This document shows positions 40,291-48,728 of a stretch of DNA of 64,000 nt, one piece after another. Source of the stretch: Candidatus Latescibacterota bacterium (lineage in GTDB: Bacteria; Latescibacterota; UBA2968; GCA-2709665); the NCBI GenBank assembly GCA_965237675.1, contig OZ250150.1, forward strand, positions 384,001-448,000, given 5' to 3'. Both the position numbers and the translations under genes were made by a program. The notes under the pieces were generated by a model. It did no database searches, was not told the DNA's origin, and saw only the letters and a list, made by a program, of their open reading frames with translations. Position 1 is the stretch's first letter, and every line of letters starts with the position of its first letter.

Positions 40291-40330
40291 TGTGTCGTCC
40301 ACAACAGTCCGTTGAAAAAGGGGAGAACGA

Positions 40331-42343
40331 GTGGAAGGCTCTCAAGCCCGAAGCCTGCGGAATCGGGCCGACCCACAACAACGCGCGTCTTCGGAGAATC
40401 TTCCTGCGTCTTCACAGGACGGTCTGACGTTGCGGGCTTTCCTGATCGGGCTCGTCCTTTGCGTGTTCCTTGGTGTCGCGCTGACGCACAACCGTATGGT
40501 CGTCCAGGGGCCCTTCATGGGCAGTTACTTTATGGACCGGGGCGTGCTGTTCGTTTTCTTCGTCCTTGTTCTGGCCGTAAACCCTCTGGCGGCGGCCCTG
40601 AAGCGCCGATATGCACTGGGGCGGGGCGAGTTGTTGGCCATCTATGTCATGTTGCTGTTTCTGATGCCGGCATGGAAAATGACCAAGGCCCTGCTGGGCT
40701 TTATGACGGGCGTGACCTACTATGCCTCGCCGGAAATGCGGCACCTGGAAGCGGTGTTGCCCTACGCCCTTCCCTGGCTGTCGATACTGGATACGCATGC
40801 GGTAAGGGGGCTGTACGACGGTCTTCCCGCCGGCGACCCGGTGCCCTGGTTGACGTGGGTGGTTCCCATGTGGAGCTGGGGGTCGTTCCTGGTGGTGTTG
40901 TACGTCGTTCTCGTCTGCCTGGCGGTTCTGATGAGAAAGCAGTGGGAGGAACACGAACGATTTGCGTTTCCCATCATGCAGGTGCCGCTGGAGATGAGCG
41001 AGGCGGGCGCGCGAAAGGTGGGACCCCTGTTCCGCAACAGGATGATGTGGGGGGGATTCGCGGTTCCATTTCTGATCGGATTGTTGAACGGGCTTCAGAG
41101 GTACTACTACTCCCTGCCCCGCATTCCGCTGAGAACGGTGATCTGGATCTTCCGCCGCGCGATTCCCTTGCATATCGGCCTTCATTTTGCGATCCTTGGG
41201 TACTCGTATTTCGTGAATACGGACGTGAGTCTGAGCATCTGGCTGTTCAACGTGATCGCCAAGTGCGTCAGCGGAATTCTGGCCATCGTGGGGGCGGAAA
41301 CATACGGCGTTTCCGGGGTGGTGGGCCGGCACAGTTCCCAGGGATCGGAATTCCTGGCGATGATGGGCATGGGCTACATGCTCGCCCTTGCAGGGTACAG
41401 TCTGTGGATCGCGAGGGGGCACCTGCGGGAAGTGTGGGCCAGGGCGATGGGCCGCCCGTCACGCCTGGACGATTCGGACGAGGTTATCCCCTACCGGTCG
41501 GCCGTGGCGGGCATCGTTGCGGGGACCCTGTATCTGGGATGCTGGCTCTACCAGGCAGGCATCTCTCCCCATCTCGTCCTGCTGCTGGGCTTTTTCTGTT
41601 TTGTCGTCTTTCTGGTTCTTGCCCGAATCGTGAGCGAGACCGGTTATTCGGTTACCTACGCCCCGCTGAACCCCTCGGAGTTCGTGGTGTGTGCGGTCGG
41701 TTCCGCGGCGTTCAGCCCAACTGGCCTCACGACCCTCGGCGTCAGTTTCGCCTGGACGATGACCCGGCTGAATACGCTGATGCCCCGGGCCTCGGGCGCG
41801 CTGAGACTCGCACGGGAGATCGGACGCAAGCGGGGGCTGGTCCTGGCGATGGGCGCCGCGCTGGCGGCGGGCCTTGTCGCGGCGAGCTATACGACGCTTC
41901 AACTGGGATACGAGCACGGCGGCCGCAACCTGGATTATTGGTTCAGGGACGTAAACGATTGCGCGCTGCCGTTCGACGAATACATCGGACGCCGGTTGCT
42001 CTCACCGACTCCGATCTTCTACCCCGGATTTCTTTACACGGCGCTGGGGGCCGCCGTTGTCGTCGTTCTGATGTCGCTCCGGTCGCGGCTCCCGTGGTGG
42101 CCGCTGCACCCGGTGGCGCTGCCGGTGAGTACGATCGCGTATACGCACAATTACTTCTTCAGCGTATTTCTCGCCTGGGGAATCAAGGCGCTCGTGCTGC
42201 GGTATGGAGGGGCCAACCTGTACAGGATGACCAGACCGTTTTTCATGGGAATCATCCTGGGTGAGGCGGTCTGCCTGGGGATGTGGATCGTCATCGACAG
42301 CGTAACCGGGAAAGTGGGCGGGATCTGGATCCTGCAACCCTGA
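40331..42343 (+). CDS. polytopic inner-membrane protein, DUF6785/DUF6784-type putative transporter
   Basis: Many TM helices; GLTLRAFLIG, RKQWEEHERFAFP, RIVSETG, WWPLHPV, PFFMGIILGE. Confidence 0.75.
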   Translation: MEGSQARSLRNRADPQQRASSENLPASSQDGLTLRAFLIGLVLCVFLGVALTHNRMVVQGPFMGSYFMDRGVLFVFFVLVLAVNPLAAALKRRYALGRGELLAIYVMLLFLMPAWKMTKALLGFMTGVTYYASPEMRHLEAVLPYALPWLSILDTHAVRGLYDGLPAGDPVPWLTWVVPMWSWGSFLVVLYVVLVCLAVLMRKQWEEHERFAFPIMQVPLEMSEAGARKVGPLFRNRMMWGGFAVPFLIGLLNGLQRYYYSLPRIPLRTVIWIFRRAIPLHIGLHFAILGYSYFVNTDVSLSIWLFNVIAKCVSGILAIVGAETYGVSGVVGRHSSQGSEFLAMMGMGYMLALAGYSLWIARGHLREVWARAMGRPSRLDDSDEVIPYRSAVAGIVAGTLYLGCWLYQAGISPHLVLLLGFFCFVVFLVLARIVSETGYSVTYAPLNPSEFVVCAVGSAAFSPTGLTTLGVSFAWTMTRLNTLMPRASGALRLAREIGRKRGLVLAMGAALAAGLVAASYTTLQLGYEHGGRNLDYWFRDVNDCALPFDEYIGRRLLSPTPIFYPGFLYTALGAAVVVVLMSLRSRLPWWPLHPVALPVSTIAYTHNYFFSVFLAWGIKALVLRYGGANLYRMTRPFFMGIILGEAVCLGMWIVIDSVTGKVGGIWILQP

Positions 42344-42469
42344 GCGGGCGTCGGGCGGGCGTGGAACGACCGGGACGTGGAGGTGGATCGGATTAAGTTG
42401 CGTTTTCGGCTGTATGGCCGCGCCAGGCTATACAGTTTTGCGTTCCAGGCTTCGAATGAGGCTAAGTGA
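42344..42469 (+). pseudogene. orphan C-terminal fragment of a paralog of the 60324-61853 protein
   Basis: WNDRDVEVDRIKLRFRLYGRARLYSFAF versus WGGKCLADVGRDRFKLRFWLYGAARLYGYKF. Confidence 0.6.
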
Positions 42470-42502
42470 GGACGATCAACCCACAAAAAGAGAGTTGAAG
42501 AC

Positions 42503-43336
42503 ATGGAAGCGGGAACTGAATTGGACGACCAGATGCAAAGCGAACTGAATCAGATGCGCGTCAACGGCTGGTGTGTCGTCAGGAACGTCGTCCACCAGGA
42601 TCGGGTCGCGGCCGTGAGAAAGAGCGTTATGGATGCCGTTCATCGGCACGCGAATGCCGACACTCTCGATGACAAGGGCATCGGCCACGTCTCCGGATTC
42701 GTAGCCCGCGAGCAGTCGTTCGCGCCCTATGTGGCGGATTCCCGGGTCATGGGTGTCGTCAAGGGAATGTTAGGCGACCACGCCCGGATCTCTTTCACGA
42801 CGGCGACGGTGAATTTCCCCGGAAACCCGCGCGGCGTGTGGCACGCCGACTGGCCCTTCAACCAGAACAACGCCGGGCATATCACGGCACCTTATCCCGA
42901 TGTGGTGATGCACCTCACCACGCTATGGATGCTCTCCCCCTTCAGTGCGGAAAACGGCGGAACGCTCATTCTCCCCGGCAGCCACCGTTCGAATAACAAT
43001 CCAAGCGGGGAGAACGGATTCGATCCGCTCGGCACGATTCCCGGGGAGTGCAACGCGGAAGGCGACGCGGGAAGCGTGCTGATGCTGGACAGCCGGCTCT
43101 GGCATGCCACGGCGCCGAACCGCTCCGACGCGCCGCGTGTGTCGGTCGTCATTCGCTATGCGCCCTGGTGGCTCAATACCGATGTCCTGATGCCCGGGTC
43201 CGAGGAGCGGGCCCGGATGTTGGAAGCAACCGGGCTGAAGGCGCCCGAGGTCCCGCCCGTTCCCCGGGACGTCTACGATACCATGCCCGAGCGGGTGAAG
43301 CCCCTCTTCCGTCACTGGGTAAGAGCAGAGAACTGA
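42503..43336 (+). CDS. phytanoyl-CoA dioxygenase (PhyH) family Fe/2OG enzyme, canonical HxD
   Basis: WHADWP, GGT...PGSH, DSRLWH, N.S..PR. Confidence 0.9.
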   Translation: MEAGTELDDQMQSELNQMRVNGWCVVRNVVHQDRVAAVRKSVMDAVHRHANADTLDDKGIGHVSGFVAREQSFAPYVADSRVMGVVKGMLGDHARISFTTATVNFPGNPRGVWHADWPFNQNNAGHITAPYPDVVMHLTTLWMLSPFSAENGGTLILPGSHRSNNNPSGENGFDPLGTIPGECNAEGDAGSVLMLDSRLWHATAPNRSDAPRVSVVIRYAPWWLNTDVLMPGSEERARMLEATGLKAPEVPPVPRDVYDTMPERVKPLFRHWVRAEN

Positions 43337-43349
43337 CGAAGACCGGCCA

Positions 43350-43576
43350 GAGGCTCAATGACGTTCGCTGCGTGCGTTGAGCCTGTCGAAACGCCGTCAT
43401 TGAGCTTGTCGAAGTGCCCACGTTTCGCTATCCTTCGAGACCCTTCGCCGACCCTTCGACAGGCTCAGGGAGCGGCTCAGGGTGCAGGCGCGATGGCGGT
43501 TGTGGTGGCGCTGCCTGTGCTGCCCGCACTGTTTACGCTGCCTGTGCTGAGCCTGTCGAAGCAAGCTTGTCGAAAC
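43350..43576. repeat. REP-like repeat cluster (TGAGCCTGTCGAA / TTCGACAGGCTCAG)
   Basis: Several direct and inverted units; same family as 4745, 25260 and 56994. Confidence 0.8.
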
Positions 43577-43605
43577 ATGTCAATCTTCTTTGGAGGTGCA
43601 CCGAA

Positions 43606-44559
43606 ATGGGAGAGACAGCAACAAAAACCAGGTATACCGCGCCGAATCCCGGATTCGGGTTCTCGGACGTGGCGCAGGCCGAACCCGAATATCCATTCCC
43701 GGCCCTGACGCTGGAACAGCGGATGCGGTTCGAGCTTTTCGGGTATACCATTGTGGAGGATCTGTTTACCGAGCAGGAGTTGCAGGCCATAGAAGCGGCA
43801 GCCAGGAGCGCCAGAGCCGAAATTCTGGAAGCAGTAGGCGACAACGAGATAACGCCACCTCCGCCGCCAAAAAAATACGAAGACTTCAGGGACGGGTCGA
43901 TCTGGCGGGCCAATCGAAGGAGGACGGCTTCGGGTGACTTGCACATCGAACGTCTGGAAATTGAGAACGTGCTGGGGCTGGACCCCATTTACCTGTCCGT
44001 GCTGACCAAACCGCGCGTCCTGGGGGTCGCGACCGAACTGCTGGGCGGGACCTTCCGGTTCCACCAGGTCGCCGTCCGCTTCAACCGGCGCTCCGAAACG
44101 CCCGTCCTGGGATGGCATGGCGGGGTGACCCGGCACAAAGACCGTGCGGTGTGCAAGAACGGGTGGTTCCATACGCAAATCCTCGGCTTGATTCTCTACC
44201 TCACGGACGTGTGGCCCGGTGACGGCGGTACCGGGATCTTTGCGGGAAGTCACAGACTCGACCTTTCCTATGACGACCTGAAGCAGTACATCACAGATCA
44301 TCCGGATTCCGAGTTCTTCCACCAGACCACGGCGAAGCGGGGGTCGGCTCTGCTGTTCGCCGACGGGCCCCTCATGCACCGGACCATCAACATCGAAACG
44401 GATAAGGAAAGGCTCATCATGCTCTCGCGGCTGGTCCATTCAGACTACGAGTTCGGCCGCATGGAGTCGCTCGGGCGGACCGACCACGTACCGCATGAGC
44501 TTATGCCGCTTTTCTACGGCCGGGCGTTTACGCCGAGATATCGACCCCGAGGGGAATAA
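43606..44559 (+). CDS. PhyH-family Fe/2OG enzyme with HGG motif (candidate halogenase), paralog 1
   Basis: GWHGG (His codon 44116), YLTDV..GDGGT...GSH, LMHRT, ER; GGAGG RBS. Confidence 0.8.
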   Translation: MGETATKTRYTAPNPGFGFSDVAQAEPEYPFPALTLEQRMRFELFGYTIVEDLFTEQELQAIEAAARSARAEILEAVGDNEITPPPPPKKYEDFRDGSIWRANRRRTASGDLHIERLEIENVLGLDPIYLSVLTKPRVLGVATELLGGTFRFHQVAVRFNRRSETPVLGWHGGVTRHKDRAVCKNGWFHTQILGLILYLTDVWPGDGGTGIFAGSHRLDLSYDDLKQYITDHPDSEFFHQTTAKRGSALLFADGPLMHRTINIETDKERLIMLSRLVHSDYEFGRMESLGRTDHVPHELMPLFYGRAFTPRYRPRGE

Positions 44560-44577
44560 CACACGGAGGTAATACTG

Positions 44578-45855
44578 GTGGCAGCGAGTGTTCTCGAAGG
44601 GCCGAAGTGGTATTTGCCCCGAATCTGTGGGATCAATCCGACCGGTCCGCGGATTTCAGTCAAGGCCGGAGGCGCTGTGGACCTGCGCCTCGAGGTGGAG
44701 CCCTGTCAATGCCTCCCGACAGGCCAGGTCTGGCGGCGTCAGTCCGAGCCCATCCTGTCGGCCGCGACGACCCGTCAGGACTGGTGCCGCGTGCTCCTCT
44801 ACATGCCCTGCGTGCTGAGACTGGACGGCATCTACAAGATGTGGTACGTGGGCAGTTCCGACCACGCTCGCGGTCCTTCGTACATCCACCTCGGGTACGC
44901 CGTGTCGAGTGATGGATTGAACTGGGAGGCATATCCCGACAATCCGATCGTGACCGACCAGGCGATACCCTGGGGCTGGCGTTTCCAGTCGCCCTGCGTG
45001 CTTTACGATCTGCAGGATAAGATCTACAAGATGTGGTTTACGGCGGTGGATGAGAGCGACCGGGAGGGCAGTCCGTGGTTGAACCAGCGGGTGGGATACG
45101 GCGAAAGTCCGGACGGGATATCGTGGACGTTCCGTGAGAAGCCGGTGTTGCGCACGGGGCGGCGTCCATACGTGATGAAACAGGATGGTGGGACGTACAG
45201 AATGTGGGTTAACGCCCCGTCTGCGGACACCCCGGGTTTGCAGATGACCGAAAACATCGTTTCCGCCCGTTCCGAGGACGGCCTGCATTGGAAAACGGAA
45301 GGAGACGCGGTCCGGTACGGCGGGATCTATCGCTCCTGCGTTTATCCTTTCGTCATGCGCGACCGGGGCGAACTGGCGATGTGGTTCGGCGGTCACCGGG
45401 CGGGCGGCGCTTTCGATATTTCGTTCGGACGCACGCACGACGGCAGCACCTGGTACTACCAGAACGACGTGCCGATTTTTCCGTCGAACCCGCGCAGGGA
45501 AGCGTTTGACGGCCGGTACACGTCCACACCGCACGTGTTGAAGCTGCCGGGCAGATACCTGATGTACTATTCCGCGCGGGACCTGGACGACGGCTGGTTC
45601 GCGCCCGACGGCTCGCGTCAGCACGACAGCGCGGGGGTGTATCGCCACATCGGGTGCGCCGAATTACCCGTCGACGAAATAGAAGATCCCGGACTCCGGT
45701 TTTCGTGGACATCGGACGGCAGGACGATGCCCGGAAACGGCAGTTCTTTGCGGTTTGAGGCAGACAGGGCGGGCAGACATTCGGTCACCTGCCGCGTGGA
45801 GAATTCCAACGGTTCCGCGGCTTACACATGGGAAATGGATGCAGAAGATGGATAG
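44578..45855 (+). CDS. beta-propeller glycoside-hydrolase-like protein (paralog 2) inserted in a PKD/Ig-like domain
   Basis: Shares WxRxxxP(I/V)LSAxTTRQDW, GRRP, DGRYTSTP, YLMYYSARD, AG(V/I)YRHIG with 39268; extra beta-rich N- and C-terminal segments. Confidence 0.7.
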   Translation: MAASVLEGPKWYLPRICGINPTGPRISVKAGGAVDLRLEVEPCQCLPTGQVWRRQSEPILSAATTRQDWCRVLLYMPCVLRLDGIYKMWYVGSSDHARGPSYIHLGYAVSSDGLNWEAYPDNPIVTDQAIPWGWRFQSPCVLYDLQDKIYKMWFTAVDESDREGSPWLNQRVGYGESPDGISWTFREKPVLRTGRRPYVMKQDGGTYRMWVNAPSADTPGLQMTENIVSARSEDGLHWKTEGDAVRYGGIYRSCVYPFVMRDRGELAMWFGGHRAGGAFDISFGRTHDGSTWYYQNDVPIFPSNPRREAFDGRYTSTPHVLKLPGRYLMYYSARDLDDGWFAPDGSRQHDSAGVYRHIGCAELPVDEIEDPGLRFSWTSDGRTMPGNGSSLRFEADRAGRHSVTCRVENSNGSAAYTWEMDAEDG

Positions 45856-47722
45856 ACACGTAATCCTGGCTGCGGGCCGCCGCGCACGATGCGCGGTGGA
45901 GGTGCCCGCGAAACCGGAACCCGGCGAAAAGACGGCCGGGGAAGAACTCGCTCGCTACCTGGGTAAGCTGGCCGGCGTTCCAATCGGCCTTCTTCAGGGC
46001 GAGAAAAGCCGCGCACCCGTAAGGATCCTGGTGGGGTCCAGAGCCAGGGAGGTGGTGGACGACCTGCCGCTGGATGCGGTTCGGGATGACGGGTTTGTGC
46101 TGCGGGTCTCGCCGGACCGGATTGCCTTGGCCGGCGCCAACGCCCGGGGCACGCTGTACGCCGCGTATGAACTGATCGAGCGGTTGGGGGTGCGGTGGTA
46201 CGGGCCGGGTCCGGAGGGTGAGTATGTGCCGGCGGCGGGGGACATGGTGATTCCCGAGGGTGTGGCGGTGATCAACCCGTCCTTCCGGTTCCGATTCCTG
46301 CGTGCCATCTTTGCCGCGATGGTCGGGCTGGGCAAGTCGGGAATGTGGCAGCCCTTTTCGCCGCCCCGGAAGGAGCAGCTGCTGGACTGGGGCGTGAAGA
46401 ACCGGCTGAACGCGGGTTTCTGGCCATTTGACGATCCGGACGTCACCACGTTCTTCGCCCGGCGCGGCGGCGTGGCGTGTGTGGACCACGCTCACGCCCT
46501 TCCTTACATGATCCCGCCTGGCCAATACTGGGAGTCGCACCCGGAATACTTCGCCGTCGACGAACAAGGCGAGTTGTTCGAGAGGCGGGCGAACGAGTAC
46601 GGGATACACGTGTGCACGTCAAATCCCGATGTCCTGGACCTGGTGGTCCGGAAGGCCCTCGAGACGATGGAACGCGACCCGGATGCGGGCTTCGTGAGCA
46701 TTACCCAGGCGGACGGCCAGTTCCATTGCCGGTGCCCGGCCTGCCTGTCGAAGTGCAACCAGGGATCTCTGGTATTTCTGGGCGACGAGCAGATCATCCG
46801 GACCGATTGTACGGTGGACTTCGCCAACCGGGTGGCGGAACGGTTCTGCGAGCGATGGCCGGGCCGGAACCTGATGATCCTGGGTCATCATCAGACGATT
46901 CCGCCGCCGACGATTGCCGTGCACCCGAACGTGATGGTCAAGCTGGCCTGTTCGCCGCACGGGTTCGTGTCGTTCAACCGGCCCCTCGAGGATCCCGCGG
47001 GGAACCACTTTATCTTCCAGAGGGCCGTGGAGGGATGGGCCGCCACGGGTACGCCGCTGGCGTATTACGGTTATAACCCCCACAGTTCGTTTGCCCACGC
47101 CCCCTTTTCGGCGGGCCGGAGGTTTCACAGCGATATCAGATGGCTGCACCGGCACGGCTTCGTGGGCGCCGAGTTTCAGGGTGAGGGTACGCTCTGGGGG
47201 TTCTACGGGCTCAATCACGTGATCCAGGCCCGCACATTGTGGGACATCGACGTGGATTTCGACCGTCTTCAGGAGGACTACTTCCGCTGTCTGTTCGGTG
47301 CCGCGGCCGAACCCGTGAAGGCGCTGCACGAGGCGTTCGAGCGGGCGGTGGTGGAACACGAACCCATGATGAAGGGCCTCGGCGCCTTCCTTTCGCCGGA
47401 GGTGATCGCCAGGGGAAGAGATCTGATTCGCGAGGGTCGCGACGCGGAAACGTCTGATGACGTCCAGGGCCGCCTGAACGTCCTGGCCGCCCAGGTTGAA
47501 TATGGGGACCGGCTGATGGGCGCCAGACGAACCGCGGAGACGTACCACCTGACGCGGGAACGGGACCATTTGAAGCGGCTGGTCCGCGAACGGGACGCGA
47601 TTGTAAGCTACATCGAAGCGAATCCCGTGGACGGCGCCTATCACCTGGGCGGCATCGGAGGGCAACGAGGGAATATAAACGGGTTCCTGCTGGGCCATCT
47701 GTGGGGAATCGACAAGATTTAA
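45848..47722 (+). CDS. DUF4838-domain protein (GH67/GH20-like N-domain plus TIM barrel)
   Basis: DGFVL, RGTLYAAYELIERLGVRWY, HPEYFA, CTSNP, D...CRCPAC. Confidence 0.78.
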   Translation: MDRHVILAAGRRARCAVEVPAKPEPGEKTAGEELARYLGKLAGVPIGLLQGEKSRAPVRILVGSRAREVVDDLPLDAVRDDGFVLRVSPDRIALAGANARGTLYAAYELIERLGVRWYGPGPEGEYVPAAGDMVIPEGVAVINPSFRFRFLRAIFAAMVGLGKSGMWQPFSPPRKEQLLDWGVKNRLNAGFWPFDDPDVTTFFARRGGVACVDHAHALPYMIPPGQYWESHPEYFAVDEQGELFERRANEYGIHVCTSNPDVLDLVVRKALETMERDPDAGFVSITQADGQFHCRCPACLSKCNQGSLVFLGDEQIIRTDCTVDFANRVAERFCERWPGRNLMILGHHQTIPPPTIAVHPNVMVKLACSPHGFVSFNRPLEDPAGNHFIFQRAVEGWAATGTPLAYYGYNPHSSFAHAPFSAGRRFHSDIRWLHRHGFVGAEFQGEGTLWGFYGLNHVIQARTLWDIDVDFDRLQEDYFRCLFGAAAEPVKALHEAFERAVVEHEPMMKGLGAFLSPEVIARGRDLIREGRDAETSDDVQGRLNVLAAQVEYGDRLMGARRTAETYHLTRERDHLKRLVRERDAIVSYIEANPVDGAYHLGGIGGQRGNINGFLLGHLWGIDKI

Positions 47723-47940
47723 CCATGATTCGTCGTTTTTCGGGGACGTTAAATCGTATATATGCAAGTTAATAAAGGCGATTAAACTGCGGATTACCAG
47801 GATACACCAGGTCACTGGATGTGAACGAAAAAAATGTCCTTATGAACGACCTCAATACCCCGTTTTGCACCGGTACCTTCTGTGCCTTTTGTGCTTTTTG
47901 TGGCCAATTTGACTGTTGTCTTTTTTCGAATTGAGGTTAA
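47719..47940. mobile_element. MITE-like element (family A), copy 2
   Basis: TTAACCATGATTCG ... CGAATTGAGGTTAA; internal GAACGACCTCAATACCCCGTTT and CCTTCTGTGCCTTTTGTGCTTTTTGTGGCCAATTT shared with 2058-2433. Confidence 0.72.
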
Positions 47941-47979
47941 GCAGCCTGGCGCGGCTTCGCATCCCTCAACCGCAACCGA

Positions 47980-48306
47980 TCATGTGCCGCCTGCCAGCCG
48001 CGCACTCACAAGCCGGTTCACGCTCACGCCCTGTTCCGCCGCTTCGATAACCAGGGCACGGTGTGATTCCGGCGGCAAACGCACCAGGAATTTACCGCTA
48101 TAGGTTCGGTCGGCCAATGGCACCGGTACGGGTTCGCCGGCGGCGCGCATGTCGCCTACACACTCCCGTACCAGCCGCTGAATGCCGGACAGTGCCTCGT
48201 CGGGTGACGGCGCCAGCCAGCTCAGCGATGGGAATTCCGCGCAAAGACCCACATGTTCTTTGTCTTCGGCGGACCACGTGATGCGGTAGGTGTAATGGTC
48301 AGTCAT
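47980..48306 (-). CDS. hicB: HicB-family antitoxin
   Basis: HYTYRITWSAED.EHVGLCAEFPSLSWLA; YSGKFLVRLPPESHRAL..EAAEQGVSVNRL. Confidence 0.88.
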   Translation of the reverse strand: MTDHYTYRITWSAEDKEHVGLCAEFPSLSWLAPSPDEALSGIQRLVRECVGDMRAAGEPVPVPLADRTYSGKFLVRLPPESHRALVIEAAEQGVSVNRLVSARLAGGT

Positions 48307-48551
48307 TCTGTCGCTTCCATTTTCTCGATTGCCTTGATCGCCTGGCGGACTTGATATGCCTTCGCCATGCCCTTGTCATTCTGTATGTTCACGCGTGGAT
48401 CGCCTGGCCACGGCGTTCGGTAAACCCGATGACTGGTGCCCTTCTGGCGCGGTTCCCCGAAATAGGCGTCACAAATCCTGGCAAGATCCGCAAATCGAAC
48501 TCCCGTGGGATTGTAGCGTAGTGCTTTGAGGATTTCCGCCGCGCTTGCCAT
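48303..48551 (-). CDS. hicA: HicA-family toxin
   Basis: NPTGVRFADL..IC..YFGEPRQ.GTSH.VY.TPWPGDPRVNIQ..G.AKAYQVRQ; ATGA overlap with hicB. Confidence 0.85.
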   Translation of the reverse strand: MASAAEILKALRYNPTGVRFADLARICDAYFGEPRQKGTSHRVYRTPWPGDPRVNIQNDKGMAKAYQVRQAIKAIEKMEATE

Positions 48552-48556
48552 GAAAT

Positions 48557-48585
48557 ATGGTATCAATAATGATACTATTTGTAAA
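48557..48585 (-). promoter_or_regulatory. hicAB promoter with overlapping palindromic operator (leaderless transcript)
   Basis: TTTACA-17-TACCAT ending 5 nt before the ATG; inverted repeat ATGGTATCA-ATAA-TGATACTAT. Confidence 0.65.
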
Positions 48586-48728
48586 GTAGAAACCATTCCG
48601 GTCTGGAACGACGGGCGATGTGGAACCCACTCTCAATCTGCTTAGCGTGACACGAGCGACAACGTCATTAGGCTACGAGCGGTCAAAGGTCGCCTGCGTT
48701 CATTTCCCCCTGCAAAAAAGGTACCTGC

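Noticed and set aside
40312-42264. 650-aa alternative-frame ORF over the DUF6785 gene
   Set aside because: Arg/Gly/Pro-rich off-frame artefact of a hydrophobic GC-rich gene
42341-42343. TGA as selenocysteine/readthrough codon
   Set aside because: No clear SECIS; the transporter family appears to end here, and the downstream peptide is better explained as a deletion remnant
43350-43576. Repeat cluster considered as a CRISPR array
   Set aside because: Units are irregular, inverted and degenerate, with no constant spacers and no cas genes
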